A stretch of 64,000 bases of DNA, taken from the NCBI GenBank assembly GCA_964525555.1, contig CAZGHN010000003.1, positions 160-64,159 of the forward strand. The letters run 5' to 3'. Under the pieces are notes generated by a model. That model saw only the letters and a program-made list of their open reading frames with translations, did no database searches and had not been told where the DNA came from. This document shows, in pieces, positions 1 through 9,091 of the stretch. The first letter of the stretch is position 1, and every line of letters starts with the position of its first letter. The translations under genes and the position numbers were made by a program. Source of the stretch: an uncultured bacterium (GTDB lineage Bacteria > Hydrothermota > UBA3072).

Positions 1-982
1 AGAGAACAATGGCTTCATCGAAAGAACTATTTTCGTTTAGAAGACGGTATAGTTCTCCCGGTGTAATTTCTCTTGCGTTTTTACCTTTAGATAAAGTTTT
101 TATTTTGAACTGGTTCAGAAGAGCTGTTTTTCCTCTTCCCGTTTCTCCATATATCCTGAAAATTCGAGGTTCCGGTAAAGCCTTAAGAGAAGAATCAAAT
201 TCTTTTAGTTCTTTTTCCCGTCCTGAGAAAATAGGGACGAAAGAGGGTTTTTTATCCTTTAACGGAGCTCCAAGAGCGAGTTCCCGTTTGACCTCTTCTA
301 TACTCTTCAGGCGAATATTAGCATCCTTGGCGGTCATTCTCTGTACTAGAAGATTTATTTCGGGAGGAATGGAAGAATTCTTTTCTTCAGGTGGAGGCAG
401 TCCTTTCTTTAATTTGTTTTCTATTATTTCTGACAAGCTGTAGTCAAAGGCTTTTTCTCCCGTTAATGTTTCGTAGAGTATTACGCCGATAGAATAAATA
501 TCGGAGGAGAAAGTAGGAGAATCCGTCAGAGCTTCAGGAGCAGAATAAGAGGGAGTGATTATATCCGGGTCAAAGCCCGGGTCTATTAATTTGACGTTGT
601 TTTTCTTATCTACGAAAATATGAGTTGGTTTTAAGTCTCCGCATATTATACCCTGGTCGTGGAGTACAGAGAGAGAGTCAAGAATAGAGAAAAGAATACT
701 TTTAAATTTTTCGAAATCCTTGTTTTTAGAGGGAGGTTTTTTGAAGATATGATCGATTGTAGGCAGTTCGATTTTTTCCATCGAAAATCCGCATTTGTTA
801 CCATCTTCGAACCATTGGTAAACGGATACAAAATGGGGGTTTTTTATTTCCGATAGAAGTTCGAATTGTCCTCGAAGTATTTCTTTAAAGGAAAGGTCTC
901 CGACTTTGTACGCTACATCCCCTTTTGTGTATATTTTAGCGAATTTGCCTTCTTTTAGAAGATCTAATTTATTAAAATCCAT
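1..982 (-). CDS. Ser/Thr protein kinase domain fused to a P-loop NTPase (STAND/AAA-like); C-terminus lies beyond the left window edge
   Basis: Own translation of the minus strand from ATG at 982: MDFNKLDLLKEGKFAKIYTKGDVAYKV... Motifs: CGDLKPTHIF (catalytic loop), IDPGF (DFG position), SAPE (APE), then Walker A GETGRGKT (plus coordinates about 121-146). Frame stays open to base 1. Absent from the ORF track because there is no stop in the window. Confidence 0.7.
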   Translation of the reverse strand, partial: MDFNKLDLLKEGKFAKIYTKGDVAYKVGDLSFKEILRGQFELLSEIKNPHFVSVYQWFEDGNKCGFSMEKIELPTIDHIFKKPPSKNKDFEKFKSILFSILDSLSVLHDQGIICGDLKPTHIFVDKKNNVKLIDPGFDPDIITPSYSAPEALTDSPTFSSDIYSIGVILYETLTGEKAFDYSLSEIIENKLKKGLPPPEEKNSSIPPEINLLVQRMTAKDANIRLKSIEEVKRELALGAPLKDKKPSFVPIFSGREKELKEFDSSLKALPEPRIFRIYGETGRGKTALLNQFKIKTLSKGKNAREITPGELYRLLNENSSFDEAIVL

Positions 983-1212
983 TTACCCCCCAATTACTTA
1001 TTATATATATTATAAGAAAAATCTGGTGTTAGGTCAAGAGGTTAATATCTTACTTTGTGATTATCTGATTTATAAATTAGGGAAAAAGTTAATATGTCAG
1101 TTTAAAAAATAAATAACGAAACTATTTTATCGGTTCTTAATCTAAAATTAATAAAGGATAAAGATTCTTTTAATATATATTCTTAATAGATATAAAAGAT
1201 TGAGGTGAGTAT

Positions 1213-1416
1213 ATGATTAAAATTACACATAAAAAAGGTAGATATTTGATAGAGTATATTGATCATTATAATCATCTGGACCATTTTGAAGATATAGGTT
1301 ACAAAAATACAGGTTCTAAAGAGGAGATTATTCGTGAAAGAATAGAAGAAGTCAAAAAAAAGCTTGAAAAATTGATAAATGATGTGAAAATGTCTTCCGG
1401 TAATAAATTTGATTAA
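1213..1416 (+). CDS. small hypothetical protein (67 aa)
   Basis: ORF preceded by a strong SD (tgaGGTGAgtat-ATG). Charged, helical-looking sequence with no recognisable family. Confidence 0.4.
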   Translation: MIKITHKKGRYLIEYIDHYNHLDHFEDIGYKNTGSKEEIIRERIEEVKKKLEKLINDVKMSSGNKFD

Positions 1417-1424
1417 TTCTATAA

Positions 1425-2339
1425 TTATTGAAATTTATTTCTTATTCGCTCTAATAAAGCTTTTGTTTTCCTGATACCTTCGTATTCGTTTAAAGATTCT
1501 CCTTCATACTCAATTCCTATATATTCACGATATCCGCTAGATACAACAATATTAAGCATTCTTTCATAGTTTACTCTTGTTTCGTTTCCGTCTTCGTCAA
1601 AATCATGTGTTTTTGCACTGACTCCTTTTGCGAAAGGCGTCATTCTTTCCACGCTGTCGTATTTGTTAATTTCTTCTGGAAAGTTACCAAAATCAGGAAG
1701 AGTGCCAATGGATGAATTGTTCACTCCTCTGATAACTTCACAAAGCCATACTGCGTTACTTGATAAACCTCCATGATTTTCTATTATTATATTTATATTT
1801 ATTTTTTCGGAATATTCAACTAGCTTAGAAAGACTATCAATTATTTGATTTTTATGTTCTTCAGGAGTACCATCTCCTTGGGTGTTAACTCGTATTGAAT
1901 GGCATTCCAGGAATTTTGCCGCGTCTATCCATTTATGTGCTTTTCGATAGCCTTAAGTCTTTCTATTTTACATTTAGCGCCCAAATTACCCTCATTATCG
2001 CACATTAATAAGTAAATTCTTAACTCCCATGCTATCGGATCGATTCTTTAATTCTTTAAGGTATTTTATGTTTTCTGCTTTTTCCGGAAAGAATTGATTT
2101 ACATATTCTACGGCTTCAATTCCGAACTGATTGCGCGCAATAATAGGGAAGTCAAGATTGGATTCTATTTTATTACTAAATAGATTTCTATGTAAAGACC
2201 ACTCTGCCAGGGAAATTTTAAAGATAGGAGATGCCTCTTCAGAATTTTCTGCTTCCGAACTTTCACTTTTAGTGATTGGATGGTTAATCATTGAAACAGA
2301 TGAATCGATGAGAGAAAGAAAAGGTTTAAAACATTTCAT
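1425..2339 (-). pseudogene. xylose-isomerase-like TIM-barrel protein (sugar phosphate isomerase/epimerase family), disrupted
   Basis: ORFs 1995-2339 and 1425-1724 are the N- and C-terminal parts of one protein. My translation of 1725-1994 continues the protein in two other frames (..CDNEGNLGAKCKIERLKAIEKHING* then KWIDAAKFLECHSIRVNTQGDGTPEEHKNQIIDSLSKLVEYSEKININIIIENHGGLSS..). This implies at least two frameshifts. Confidence 0.6.
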
Positions 2340-2432
2340 AACTAAATATTGATATTATCTTTTAAAAAGTCAATTGTTGTACTTTGACTACAGAGACTAT
2401 CATAGTGACGCAAAGAACACCGAGAGAAATTA

Positions 2433-2496
2433 GTCCAAAGTCCAATGTCCGGAGTCCAAAGTCAAAACCAAAACCCAACCCCAAATCCAAAACCCC
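2433..2496. repeat. stutter run of drifting 6-7 nt words
   Basis: gtccaaa gtccaat gtccgga gtccaaa gtcaaaa ccaaaa cccaac cccaaat ccaaaa cccc. Each word differs from its neighbour by 1-3 bases. Confidence 0.7.
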
Positions 2497-2571
2497 AATA
2501 TTTAGACAGGATAAACACAGATCAACAGGATACATTTTTGTTTTTTAAAACCCAACCAATACCACAAAAAT

Positions 2572-2657
2572 AGAAAAATTGAAAAATGGAGAAATTGGTA
2601 AATGAGAAACAATTCAACTATTTTTCTATTCAACCATTTAACTTGGATTCGAAGAAT
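2572..2657 (+). repeat. ~85-nt dispersed intergenic module, copy A
   Basis: agaaaaattgaaaaatggagaaattggtaaatgagaaacaattcaactatttttctattcaaccatttaacttggattcgaagaat. Matches the reverse complement of 50125-50208 with 5 substitutions and one 2-nt indel (hand alignment). Confidence 0.8.
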
Positions 2658-2811
2658 ACATGCTCGACTACTGACTGTTCTACTGATCCTGGATAGACTC
2701 GAAACACGAAACATTTATTCGGGCAGGAACAACAGGATTTTTTATTTTTTTACTATTTAGCTATTCAATAATTGAATTATTTGACTTGCTCCAAGGCTTA
2801 TGGATTCTTAC

Positions 2812-3948
2812 TTATACATAATAATTGCAGCAACCACTACATACAGGTAGCATGTTACCCTTAAAAATCCGTCTTCGTAAATATCTGGCTTTTTCGCCAT
2901 TCCAAATTTGAAGAAAACTTTTTTGGGTTAGATCACCTACGGGAAGATCGGGACATATTTCCACTTTGCCCGGTGGTTTTATTGTAGCTGCCACCCAGGG
3001 AGCAATACATCTGCCTTCAAATCTACAAAGTAGGTCTTTTTCTTTATTGTAATATTTTTTTAAATCTTTTTCACTTATATCCGGAGTAAATCTTATTTTT
3101 ATTTTAATATTTGGGTCATTTTTATATTCCTTGATTTTCTTTATTAAAGAATTTTCGATTTTAAAAATACCATTTTTAATAAGGGCTCCCTGCCAGTAGT
3201 GAGGTTTTATTTCCCAATCTTCGCAGAAATCTTTCAGGTCTTCTGAAGTAATTGATAAAAGATGTAAAAAGTTTACTTCTTCAAAAAGGTTTTCTTGCAC
3301 AAATGAAATCATGAAATCTTCATCGGTTTCAGTATTTAACAGAGAGTTAAGAGTTAATCTGGGTCTTCTTTTATTTTGTTTTTTTTTCTCGTGATTTATT
3401 GCCTTAATACCTTTCAGGATTTTTGCAAAAGTTCCTGGAACTCTTCTAACTGAATCATGTCTTTCGGGTGTTCCATCGATAGATATATTTAATTTATCGA
3501 CTCCCAAACGGACAATGGTTTCTGCGAAGTTTTCTATCGTGGTTCCGTTTGTGATTATACTTAAGTAAAGTCCTTTTGATTTGATATATGTAATTAAATT
3601 TTTTATTTCCGGGTGGAGAAACGGCTCACCTCCCGTCATATTATATCGTGGCCTTATGTAGATAAGTTCTTTTATTACCTTTTTTGCTATATCGATGGGT
3701 ATGAAATTGTTGTTAGATTTAATTTGTTTAAGGAAACACATTTTGCAGTTAAGGTTGCATACTTCAGTTAAATAAAGTTGAATTGCTATAGGGGTCGATG
3801 CTCTTCCTCCGTTAATAGGAGTAAGTTTTTTTGCAAAATAGGAGGAAGATTTTCCCCAGAATATGAATGGTAAATTCCATAAATCTGTTTTCAAGCTCTC
3901 TTTTTGAAAAAAATTAATGAGCTTTTTATTAGATAAAAACGTTAACAT
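2812..3948 (-). CDS. radical SAM enzyme with C-terminal SPASM-like Cys-rich domain
   Basis: CNLNCKMC (CxxxCxxC) near residue 64, GGEPFLH motif, and C-terminal cysteines (CIAPW..CPD..CSGCCNYY). Confidence 0.75.
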   Translation of the reverse strand: MLTFLSNKKLINFFQKESLKTDLWNLPFIFWGKSSSYFAKKLTPINGGRASTPIAIQLYLTEVCNLNCKMCFLKQIKSNNNFIPIDIAKKVIKELIYIRPRYNMTGGEPFLHPEIKNLITYIKSKGLYLSIITNGTTIENFAETIVRLGVDKLNISIDGTPERHDSVRRVPGTFAKILKGIKAINHEKKKQNKRRPRLTLNSLLNTETDEDFMISFVQENLFEEVNFLHLLSITSEDLKDFCEDWEIKPHYWQGALIKNGIFKIENSLIKKIKEYKNDPNIKIKIRFTPDISEKDLKKYYNKEKDLLCRFEGRCIAPWVAATIKPPGKVEICPDLPVGDLTQKSFLQIWNGEKARYLRRRIFKGNMLPVCSGCCNYYV

Positions 3949-3978
3949 GCAAGGATTATAATCTTGACAGAATTTTTG

Positions 3979-5403
3979 TCAAGTTTTAATGCTTTTAAAT
4001 ATTTTATTATACAAATTCTTTATTCTAGTTCTTTCTTTATATATTAATATTATTGATAGAATTGTAAATGCGAGTATCCTTTGATATATGGTGTTGCCCG
4101 CGTGGATTGTCAAATATAATAGAATGAGACTAAAAGTTAGTTCTGAAATAAGTATTTTTAATTTATAATTCACAGGAAAAATTTTATTTCCAATTATATA
4201 AGAAAATAGGGCAAAAAGAAAGTATGAAAATAGTGTGGCTGTTGCTGCTGCTATTATACCAAAACGTGGAATTAAATAAAGATTGAGAACGATGTTTATT
4301 ATAAGGGGAGTTAAGGCGATTGGTATTAATAAGTTTGTTCTTGATTTTATGTAGAATCCGGCTGTAAAAATTTCTTCAAGGCCGAAAAAAATGTAAGAAA
4401 AAGCAATAATTGGAACTATTGATTGTGCTTCCCAGTATTGTTTTGCTACGAAAATTTTAAAAATTTCCGGAGTGAAAAATGATAAAATCCCCCACAGGAT
4501 CAAAGATAATCGTAAAAAAGTTATTGCAGTGTTTGCAAAAATTTCTTTTTTGTCAGGATTTTTGAAAAAAAATGGTGTCCAGGAAGCCCTGAATCCGTGG
4601 ACTAGTATACCCATCACTGTGCCAAACTGATATCCGAGAGTATATATACCTGTTTTTCCCAATCCTAATATCCATTTTATAATCCATCTATCTATTAGAT
4701 CTAATCCCAGCCAAATAAAAATGCTTATTGGCAATATAGGTAATCCGTATCTCAAAAGGTTTTTAATTGGTTTTAAATCGAATTTTGATGTGAATATCTT
4801 GTGTATCTCAGGATAAAGTACGAATAAAAATATAGAGCTACTTCCTAGATTACCCAGGAGTACGCCACCTATACCAAACTTGAAGTGAAGAACGAAAAGA
4901 ATATTAAGACTAATATTTGTGATAAATCTAAAAGTGTTTATTGCGACAAATTTCTTCGAGCGATTTTGTATCCTTAAAATCAAAAGTATAGGTTCTGATA
5001 AACTCTCTATCCAAATAGTTAAACCCGCAAGAGAAATAAGATAACCCTCTCCCGGTGAAATAAGAAATGATGTAATCCATTTTGAACATGATGTCAATAA
5101 AATTAGGAACAATGAAATGTAAGTTAATCTAAAGAAAAAGAATCTACTGAAAACTTCTCTTTCATTGGCGGCGGTTTCTGATAATTGTTTCATTAAAGCA
5201 TCGTTTAATCCGAGTGAAAAGAAAATAGTCAATGCGCTGGATAGTAAATAGATCATCGCTAACTTTCCGTATTCTATATGGCTGAAAGTTTGTGTATAGA
5301 TAGGTATTAAAAAAAATCCGATAGCTTTCCTAAGAAGAAACCCAAATCCGTAAACGGCGGATTCACTAAATAGAATTTTTGTACTTTGAGAGTTTCTTTT
5401 CAA
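3979..5403 (-). CDS. polysaccharide/oligosaccharide flippase (Wzx/MOP superfamily)
   Basis: 474 aa, very hydrophobic with about 12-14 predicted TM segments. Typical polysaccharide-biosynthesis-protein length and context. Confidence 0.6.
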   Translation of the reverse strand: MKRNSQSTKILFSESAVYGFGFLLRKAIGFFLIPIYTQTFSHIEYGKLAMIYLLSSALTIFFSLGLNDALMKQLSETAANEREVFSRFFFFRLTYISLFLILLTSCSKWITSFLISPGEGYLISLAGLTIWIESLSEPILLILRIQNRSKKFVAINTFRFITNISLNILFVLHFKFGIGGVLLGNLGSSSIFLFVLYPEIHKIFTSKFDLKPIKNLLRYGLPILPISIFIWLGLDLIDRWIIKWILGLGKTGIYTLGYQFGTVMGILVHGFRASWTPFFFKNPDKKEIFANTAITFLRLSLILWGILSFFTPEIFKIFVAKQYWEAQSIVPIIAFSYIFFGLEEIFTAGFYIKSRTNLLIPIALTPLIINIVLNLYLIPRFGIIAAATATLFSYFLFALFSYIIGNKIFPVNYKLKILISELTFSLILLYLTIHAGNTIYQRILAFTILSIILIYKERTRIKNLYNKIFKSIKT

Positions 5404-5447
5404 TTTATAGTACTAGCGAAATCTTAGAAGATTCCAAATTTAATCTC

Positions 5448-6416
5448 CTAAATTTTTTTGTAAAGTTGATTTCGGAAAAAACACTCGGCTCCCATGCTTG
5501 ATTTGAATGAGATTAATCCTCTATTAACTTCCATAGGATTATTTTCAGATTCTTCTTGATTTACGCCGAGATCGAGATATTTAAGTCCGTTTTTATGTCC
5601 CCATTTTATAATTTCATAGAGTAGATAGTTGATTGGTCTGTATTCTTGGTAATCGTAGTCAAGGGCGATATAAAAAGCAAGAAGAGCTTTTTCGTTACAA
5701 ATAAATATTAGGGAACCGCCCAATAGAACATTTTTCCGGTAAGCCAAAAATAATTTGAAATTATTTGGTAAAAGTTTGTTAAGTTTTTTTAATTCGGAAA
5801 GAGTGTGAGTAACCGGAACATCAAATTTTTCTTTATTTTTTATTAAGATTGGATAGAAGTTATCATAGTCATTGCTTAATTTTATTTCTACATCTGAATT
5901 TATTGCTTTTTTTATTGCACTTCTTGCATTTTGATGGCACATCTTTATTGGGTCTTGGTCAAATTGTGAAAGGTCTATTACTGAGGTATACATGTTTGCG
6001 GAATAGGAAAAACCATTGTATAAAAGTACATATTCCATATTTTTATTAATTTCTTTTGAATATATCATAGGCGGAATAGTAAAATATAATTCTTTTATTT
6101 CTTTATTTACACAGTATTCAAGGAATTTATTTATTATTATATCTGTTTTTCTGAAACTTCTATCATCCATGACTATTCCACCGAAACTTGCTCCTGAAGG
6201 TGATTTATAAATTCCACTGTTTAGCATACCAGGCAGAAGAGCTACGATATTTCCTTCTTTTTGGAATGTTAGATGATGAAAGTTAAATCTATCTTTAGTA
6301 TGATAGCTTAAGAACTGGATTTTATGAAATAAAGTTCCATTATTAGCTATCTCGACAAAATTGTCCCATTTCTCTTTGAATTCAGGTCTGTATTCTTCAA
6401 TTATTATGTCTTTCAT
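5448..6416 (-). CDS. FemAB-like / GNAT-fold acyltransferase
   Basis: 322 aa with a two-lobed layout and a C-terminal GNAT-like block (LFLAYRKNVLLGGSLIFICNEKALLAFYIALD..YRPINYLLYEIIKWGHKNGLKYLDLG). Confidence 0.5.
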   Translation of the reverse strand: MKDIIIEEYRPEFKEKWDNFVEIANNGTLFHKIQFLSYHTKDRFNFHHLTFQKEGNIVALLPGMLNSGIYKSPSGASFGGIVMDDRSFRKTDIIINKFLEYCVNKEIKELYFTIPPMIYSKEINKNMEYVLLYNGFSYSANMYTSVIDLSQFDQDPIKMCHQNARSAIKKAINSDVEIKLSNDYDNFYPILIKNKEKFDVPVTHTLSELKKLNKLLPNNFKLFLAYRKNVLLGGSLIFICNEKALLAFYIALDYDYQEYRPINYLLYEIIKWGHKNGLKYLDLGVNQEESENNPMEVNRGLISFKSSMGAECFFRNQLYKKI

Positions 6417-6428
6417 AATTCTGTTATA

Positions 6429-6506
6429 GTTAGTGTGTTAGTGCGTGAGTGTGTTGGTGGGTTCAAAAAAAAACGGACTAACATACCAACTGACTAACTG
6501 ACCAAC
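6429..6506. repeat. stutter repeat with inverted arms around an A9 loop
   Basis: Left arm gttagtgt gttagtgc gtgagtgt gttggtgg gttc, then a9, then right arm ggactaac ataccaac tgactaac tgaccaac. 8-nt periodic and partly complementary. Confidence 0.65.
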
Positions 6507-6519
6507 ATTTTGAGTTTTA

Positions 6520-7326
6520 TTAACCATATATGTACTTATCCTCAGGAAATTTACCTTTCTTGACTTCTTCTTTATACTGAGTGAAAGCTTGGCTTATTAT
6601 TTTTTCCAAATTTACATATTGTTTCGAAAACTTCGTTTTAAAATCGAATGATAAACCAAGAATGTCGTTTACGACAAGTATTTGCCCATCGAGATTTTTA
6701 CCTGCTCCTATTCCGTAGATCGGTATAGATAAGGTTTTTAGAACTTTCTGCGCCAGTTCTGTTGTTACCGATTCTAGAATAATAGCGAACACTCCGATTT
6801 TTTCAAGAATTTTTGCTGAATCAACGCTTTCTTTTATTTCTTTCTTTTTTTTACCTATTACTTTATATCCGGTTTGAAGATAATACTGTGGATTTAAACC
6901 TAGATGCCCCATTACGGGTATACCGGCATCTATCATTGCTTTTATATTTTCTTTTTGTTTTATGCCTTCTACTTTTACCCCACATGCTCCTAATTGCAGG
7001 AATTTTCCAGCGTTTGAGATAGCTTCATTTGGTGTGGTTTGTGAAGATAGGAAAGGCATATCGACGATAATCGGAGTATTCTTAGCGCCCTTAAGAACGC
7101 TCTTTGCAAATGTGAGCATGTCATCCATTGTTACGGGAATTGTGGTGGAAAATCCCATTTCACAGGTGCCTGCGGAATCTCCCACTAGAATCCAATCTAT
7201 ACCAGATCCTTCAGCGATTCTTGCTATTGAATAATTATATGCAGTAATTCCTACTGAAATTTCTTTGTTCTCTTTTTTTTTCAGGAGGGTTTTTATTGTT
7301 TTAAGTTTATCCCCCAATTCTTCCAA
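6520..7326 (-). CDS. panB: 3-methyl-2-oxobutanoate hydroxymethyltransferase
   Basis: TAYNYSIARIAEGSGIDWILVGDSAGT..VDMPF..GVKVEG..MGHLGLNPQ blocks are characteristic of PanB; 268 aa. Confidence 0.85.
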   Translation of the reverse strand: MEELGDKLKTIKTLLKKKENKEISVGITAYNYSIARIAEGSGIDWILVGDSAGTCEMGFSTTIPVTMDDMLTFAKSVLKGAKNTPIIVDMPFLSSQTTPNEAISNAGKFLQLGACGVKVEGIKQKENIKAMIDAGIPVMGHLGLNPQYYLQTGYKVIGKKKKEIKESVDSAKILEKIGVFAIILESVTTELAQKVLKTLSIPIYGIGAGKNLDGQILVVNDILGLSFDFKTKFSKQYVNLEKIISQAFTQYKEEVKKGKFPEDKYIYG

Positions 7327-8356
7327 CCAATTTTATTTTATTGCCAAGGGATATTTCAGTCTTTCCCATAATAGAAGTTATATATCCTGAGGCTGTTTCT
7401 TCTCGTACATCTACAATCTGAATTTGCCCGAGAGGTACTAGTAAATCTGACTTTTCTTTATAAATAAGAAATACATCACCCAGTTTAACCGAAGAATTCA
7501 TACCGGGTTCTATAAAAACTACTGAAAAAGGCTTTACGATGTCTTCTTTATTCTTAAATGCAATTATTCTTCCTTCGAGATCCTGAAGGGTTGGAGTAAC
7601 TTGACCTACAATAACTTCCGGAGCAGTATATTTCATAATGTGGTCACCTTTTTTTAGGGGTTCGTATGCTTCGATTATTTTAGCTGTAGAATATCTCTGT
7701 CCGGCTTCCATGATTTTCAGAGCTCCTTTTATTCTTACTATTCTTCCGTATCTTCCGACCCCTCTGTCCCATTTGAATATCATGTAAATGTCCCCTTTAT
7801 TAATGCCGTCTGAAGTTCCTTTGTTAATTTCAACTTCGTCTCCAAGTGTTGTAGGAGAACCCTTAAAAGATGGCGGGTTCTTTATTAAGTTACTAATTCT
7901 ACCAATACTAATATTTGAGTTTTTGGTTATAAATCCCGCGAGAATAGCCGCTTTCTTGGTGAACGCATAATCTTTAGCTTTAACTACAGAAAACAATATT
8001 GCTTCTTCATCTCCGACTTCCATTGGTCCTCTTGTTGTTTCTGTTTCTTCTTGTAGTTCTGTCCTCAAGCCTTTTTCTTCTTTTATTACCAAACCTTCAT
8101 CTACCGGTAAAGTTGTAGTTTGTTCCTCTGGAACATTAGGTATTACGAATACTTCTCCGGGATAAATCCAGTGTGGATCTGCTATGGAATCTTTATTTGC
8201 CTCATAAATTACTGGCCATAAAAATGGATCATTGTAATAATCGCCAGCAATAAACCATAGACACTCTCCTTTAACAACCGTATGCTTTTTGAATTGTGCA
8301 ACCAACATAATATTGGTGGTTAAGATGATAGAGATAATAAAAATAAATTTTTTCAT
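7307..8356 (-). CDS. secreted LysM-domain protein
   Basis: N-terminal signal-like helix, then LysM block HTVVKGECLWFIAGDYYNDPFLWPVIYEANKDSIADPHWIYPGEVFVIP. Confidence 0.6.
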   Translation of the reverse strand: MKKFIFIISIILTTNIMLVAQFKKHTVVKGECLWFIAGDYYNDPFLWPVIYEANKDSIADPHWIYPGEVFVIPNVPEEQTTTLPVDEGLVIKEEKGLRTELQEETETTRGPMEVGDEEAILFSVVKAKDYAFTKKAAILAGFITKNSNISIGRISNLIKNPPSFKGSPTTLGDEVEINKGTSDGINKGDIYMIFKWDRGVGRYGRIVRIKGALKIMEAGQRYSTAKIIEAYEPLKKGDHIMKYTAPEVIVGQVTPTLQDLEGRIIAFKNKEDIVKPFSVVFIEPGMNSSVKLGDVFLIYKEKSDLLVPLGQIQIVDVREETASGYITSIMGKTEISLGNKIKLVGRIGG

Positions 8357-8652
8357 TTTGACTCCTTTTCTTTTACAAATTTTAATTCAAGGTCATGAAT
8401 AATATTGTTTAAATAGCCTTCCTCTTGCTTCTCTAGATTACCTTTTGTTTTATCTCTAAGTATTCTGAGGGAATCTATTAGATACTCTGCCATCTCGAGA
8501 TCCTTGTATTTTTTTCCGGTGGTTGGATCTTCTACTAGTCCGAGAGATATATACGAACCTGTTGCAATTCTAAGGACTATGGAAATAAAAGTTGCTTTTT
8601 CTAAATTTTCTGAAATTTGCTCTTGGTTTTTGGTATCCTCTTCGCTACACAT
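8353..8652 (-). CDS. DUF1844-family small protein
   Basis: FISIVLRIATGSYISLGLVEDPTTGKK..LEMAEYLIDSLRILRDKTKGNL pattern, recalled as typical of DUF1844. 4-nt overlap with the downstream LysM gene. Confidence 0.55.
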   Translation of the reverse strand: MCSEEDTKNQEQISENLEKATFISIVLRIATGSYISLGLVEDPTTGKKYKDLEMAEYLIDSLRILRDKTKGNLEKQEEGYLNNIIHDLELKFVKEKESK

Positions 8653-8794
8653 TATTTTTCGGTTCTGTTGGGATCAGAAACCTCAAAGGATTTTTTATCT
8701 TCGGAGAAAAATATGTCAAGCTTTACTGCTCTAATGTTCTTTTTGATTTTGTAGACCTTATGCATTTAACTAATTATCCTCCGTTTTTATAAAA

Positions 8795-8869
8795 TGGGCG
8801 AAAGAGGACTTGAACCTCTGACCTCCTGCTTGTAAGGCAGGCGCTCTCACCAGGCTGAGCTATCCGCCC
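8795..8869 (-). tRNA. tRNA-Val (anticodon UAC)
   Basis: Reverse complement GGGCGGATAGCTCAGCCTGGTGAGAGCGCCTGCCTTACAAGCAGGAGGTCAGAGGTTCAAGTCCTCTTTCGCCCA folds as a cloverleaf. It has a 7-bp acceptor stem, anticodon loop CUUACAA and a GGTTCAAGT T-loop; 75 nt. Confidence 0.9.
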
Positions 8870-8958
8870 TTTTTTTATATTAATTCCTAAGTGTTGTTTT
8901 GTCAAGGTCTTTGTGGATTTATTGGCACGCAGATGAACGCAGATTTTAAATATTTTTC

Positions 8959-9069
8959 AACCACAAAACACACGAAAAATACGAAACCCAGCCCCACCAA
9001 TTATATTTTTTAACTTTAATTAAAAAAACCTAGGGGTAGGGTTTAGATTGTTTAGTGTTTTTAGTGGTT
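8959..9069. repeat. stutter repeat with ~37-nt imperfect inverted arms
   Basis: Left arm aaccacaaaacacacgaaaaatacgaaacccagcccc (8959-8995). The reverse complement of the right arm (9033-9069) is aaccactaaaaacactaaacaatctaaaccctacccc. Confidence 0.65.
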
Positions 9070-9091
9070 AATACTAGGTATTTGTGGTGAG

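Noticed and set aside
9-443. 144-aa plus-strand ORF at the window start
   Set aside because: The opposite strand encodes a kinase-NTPase with clear catalytic and Walker A motifs across the same bases. The plus-strand ORF is a low-complexity shadow frame with no SD.
2502-2714. Pseudo-ORFs generated by stutter repeats (2502-2714, 36522-36779, 49953-50201, 8504-8792)
   Set aside because: Their amino-acid periodicity mirrors the nucleotide word repeats. There are no start context, no homologous pairs in the protein sense, and both strands are open.
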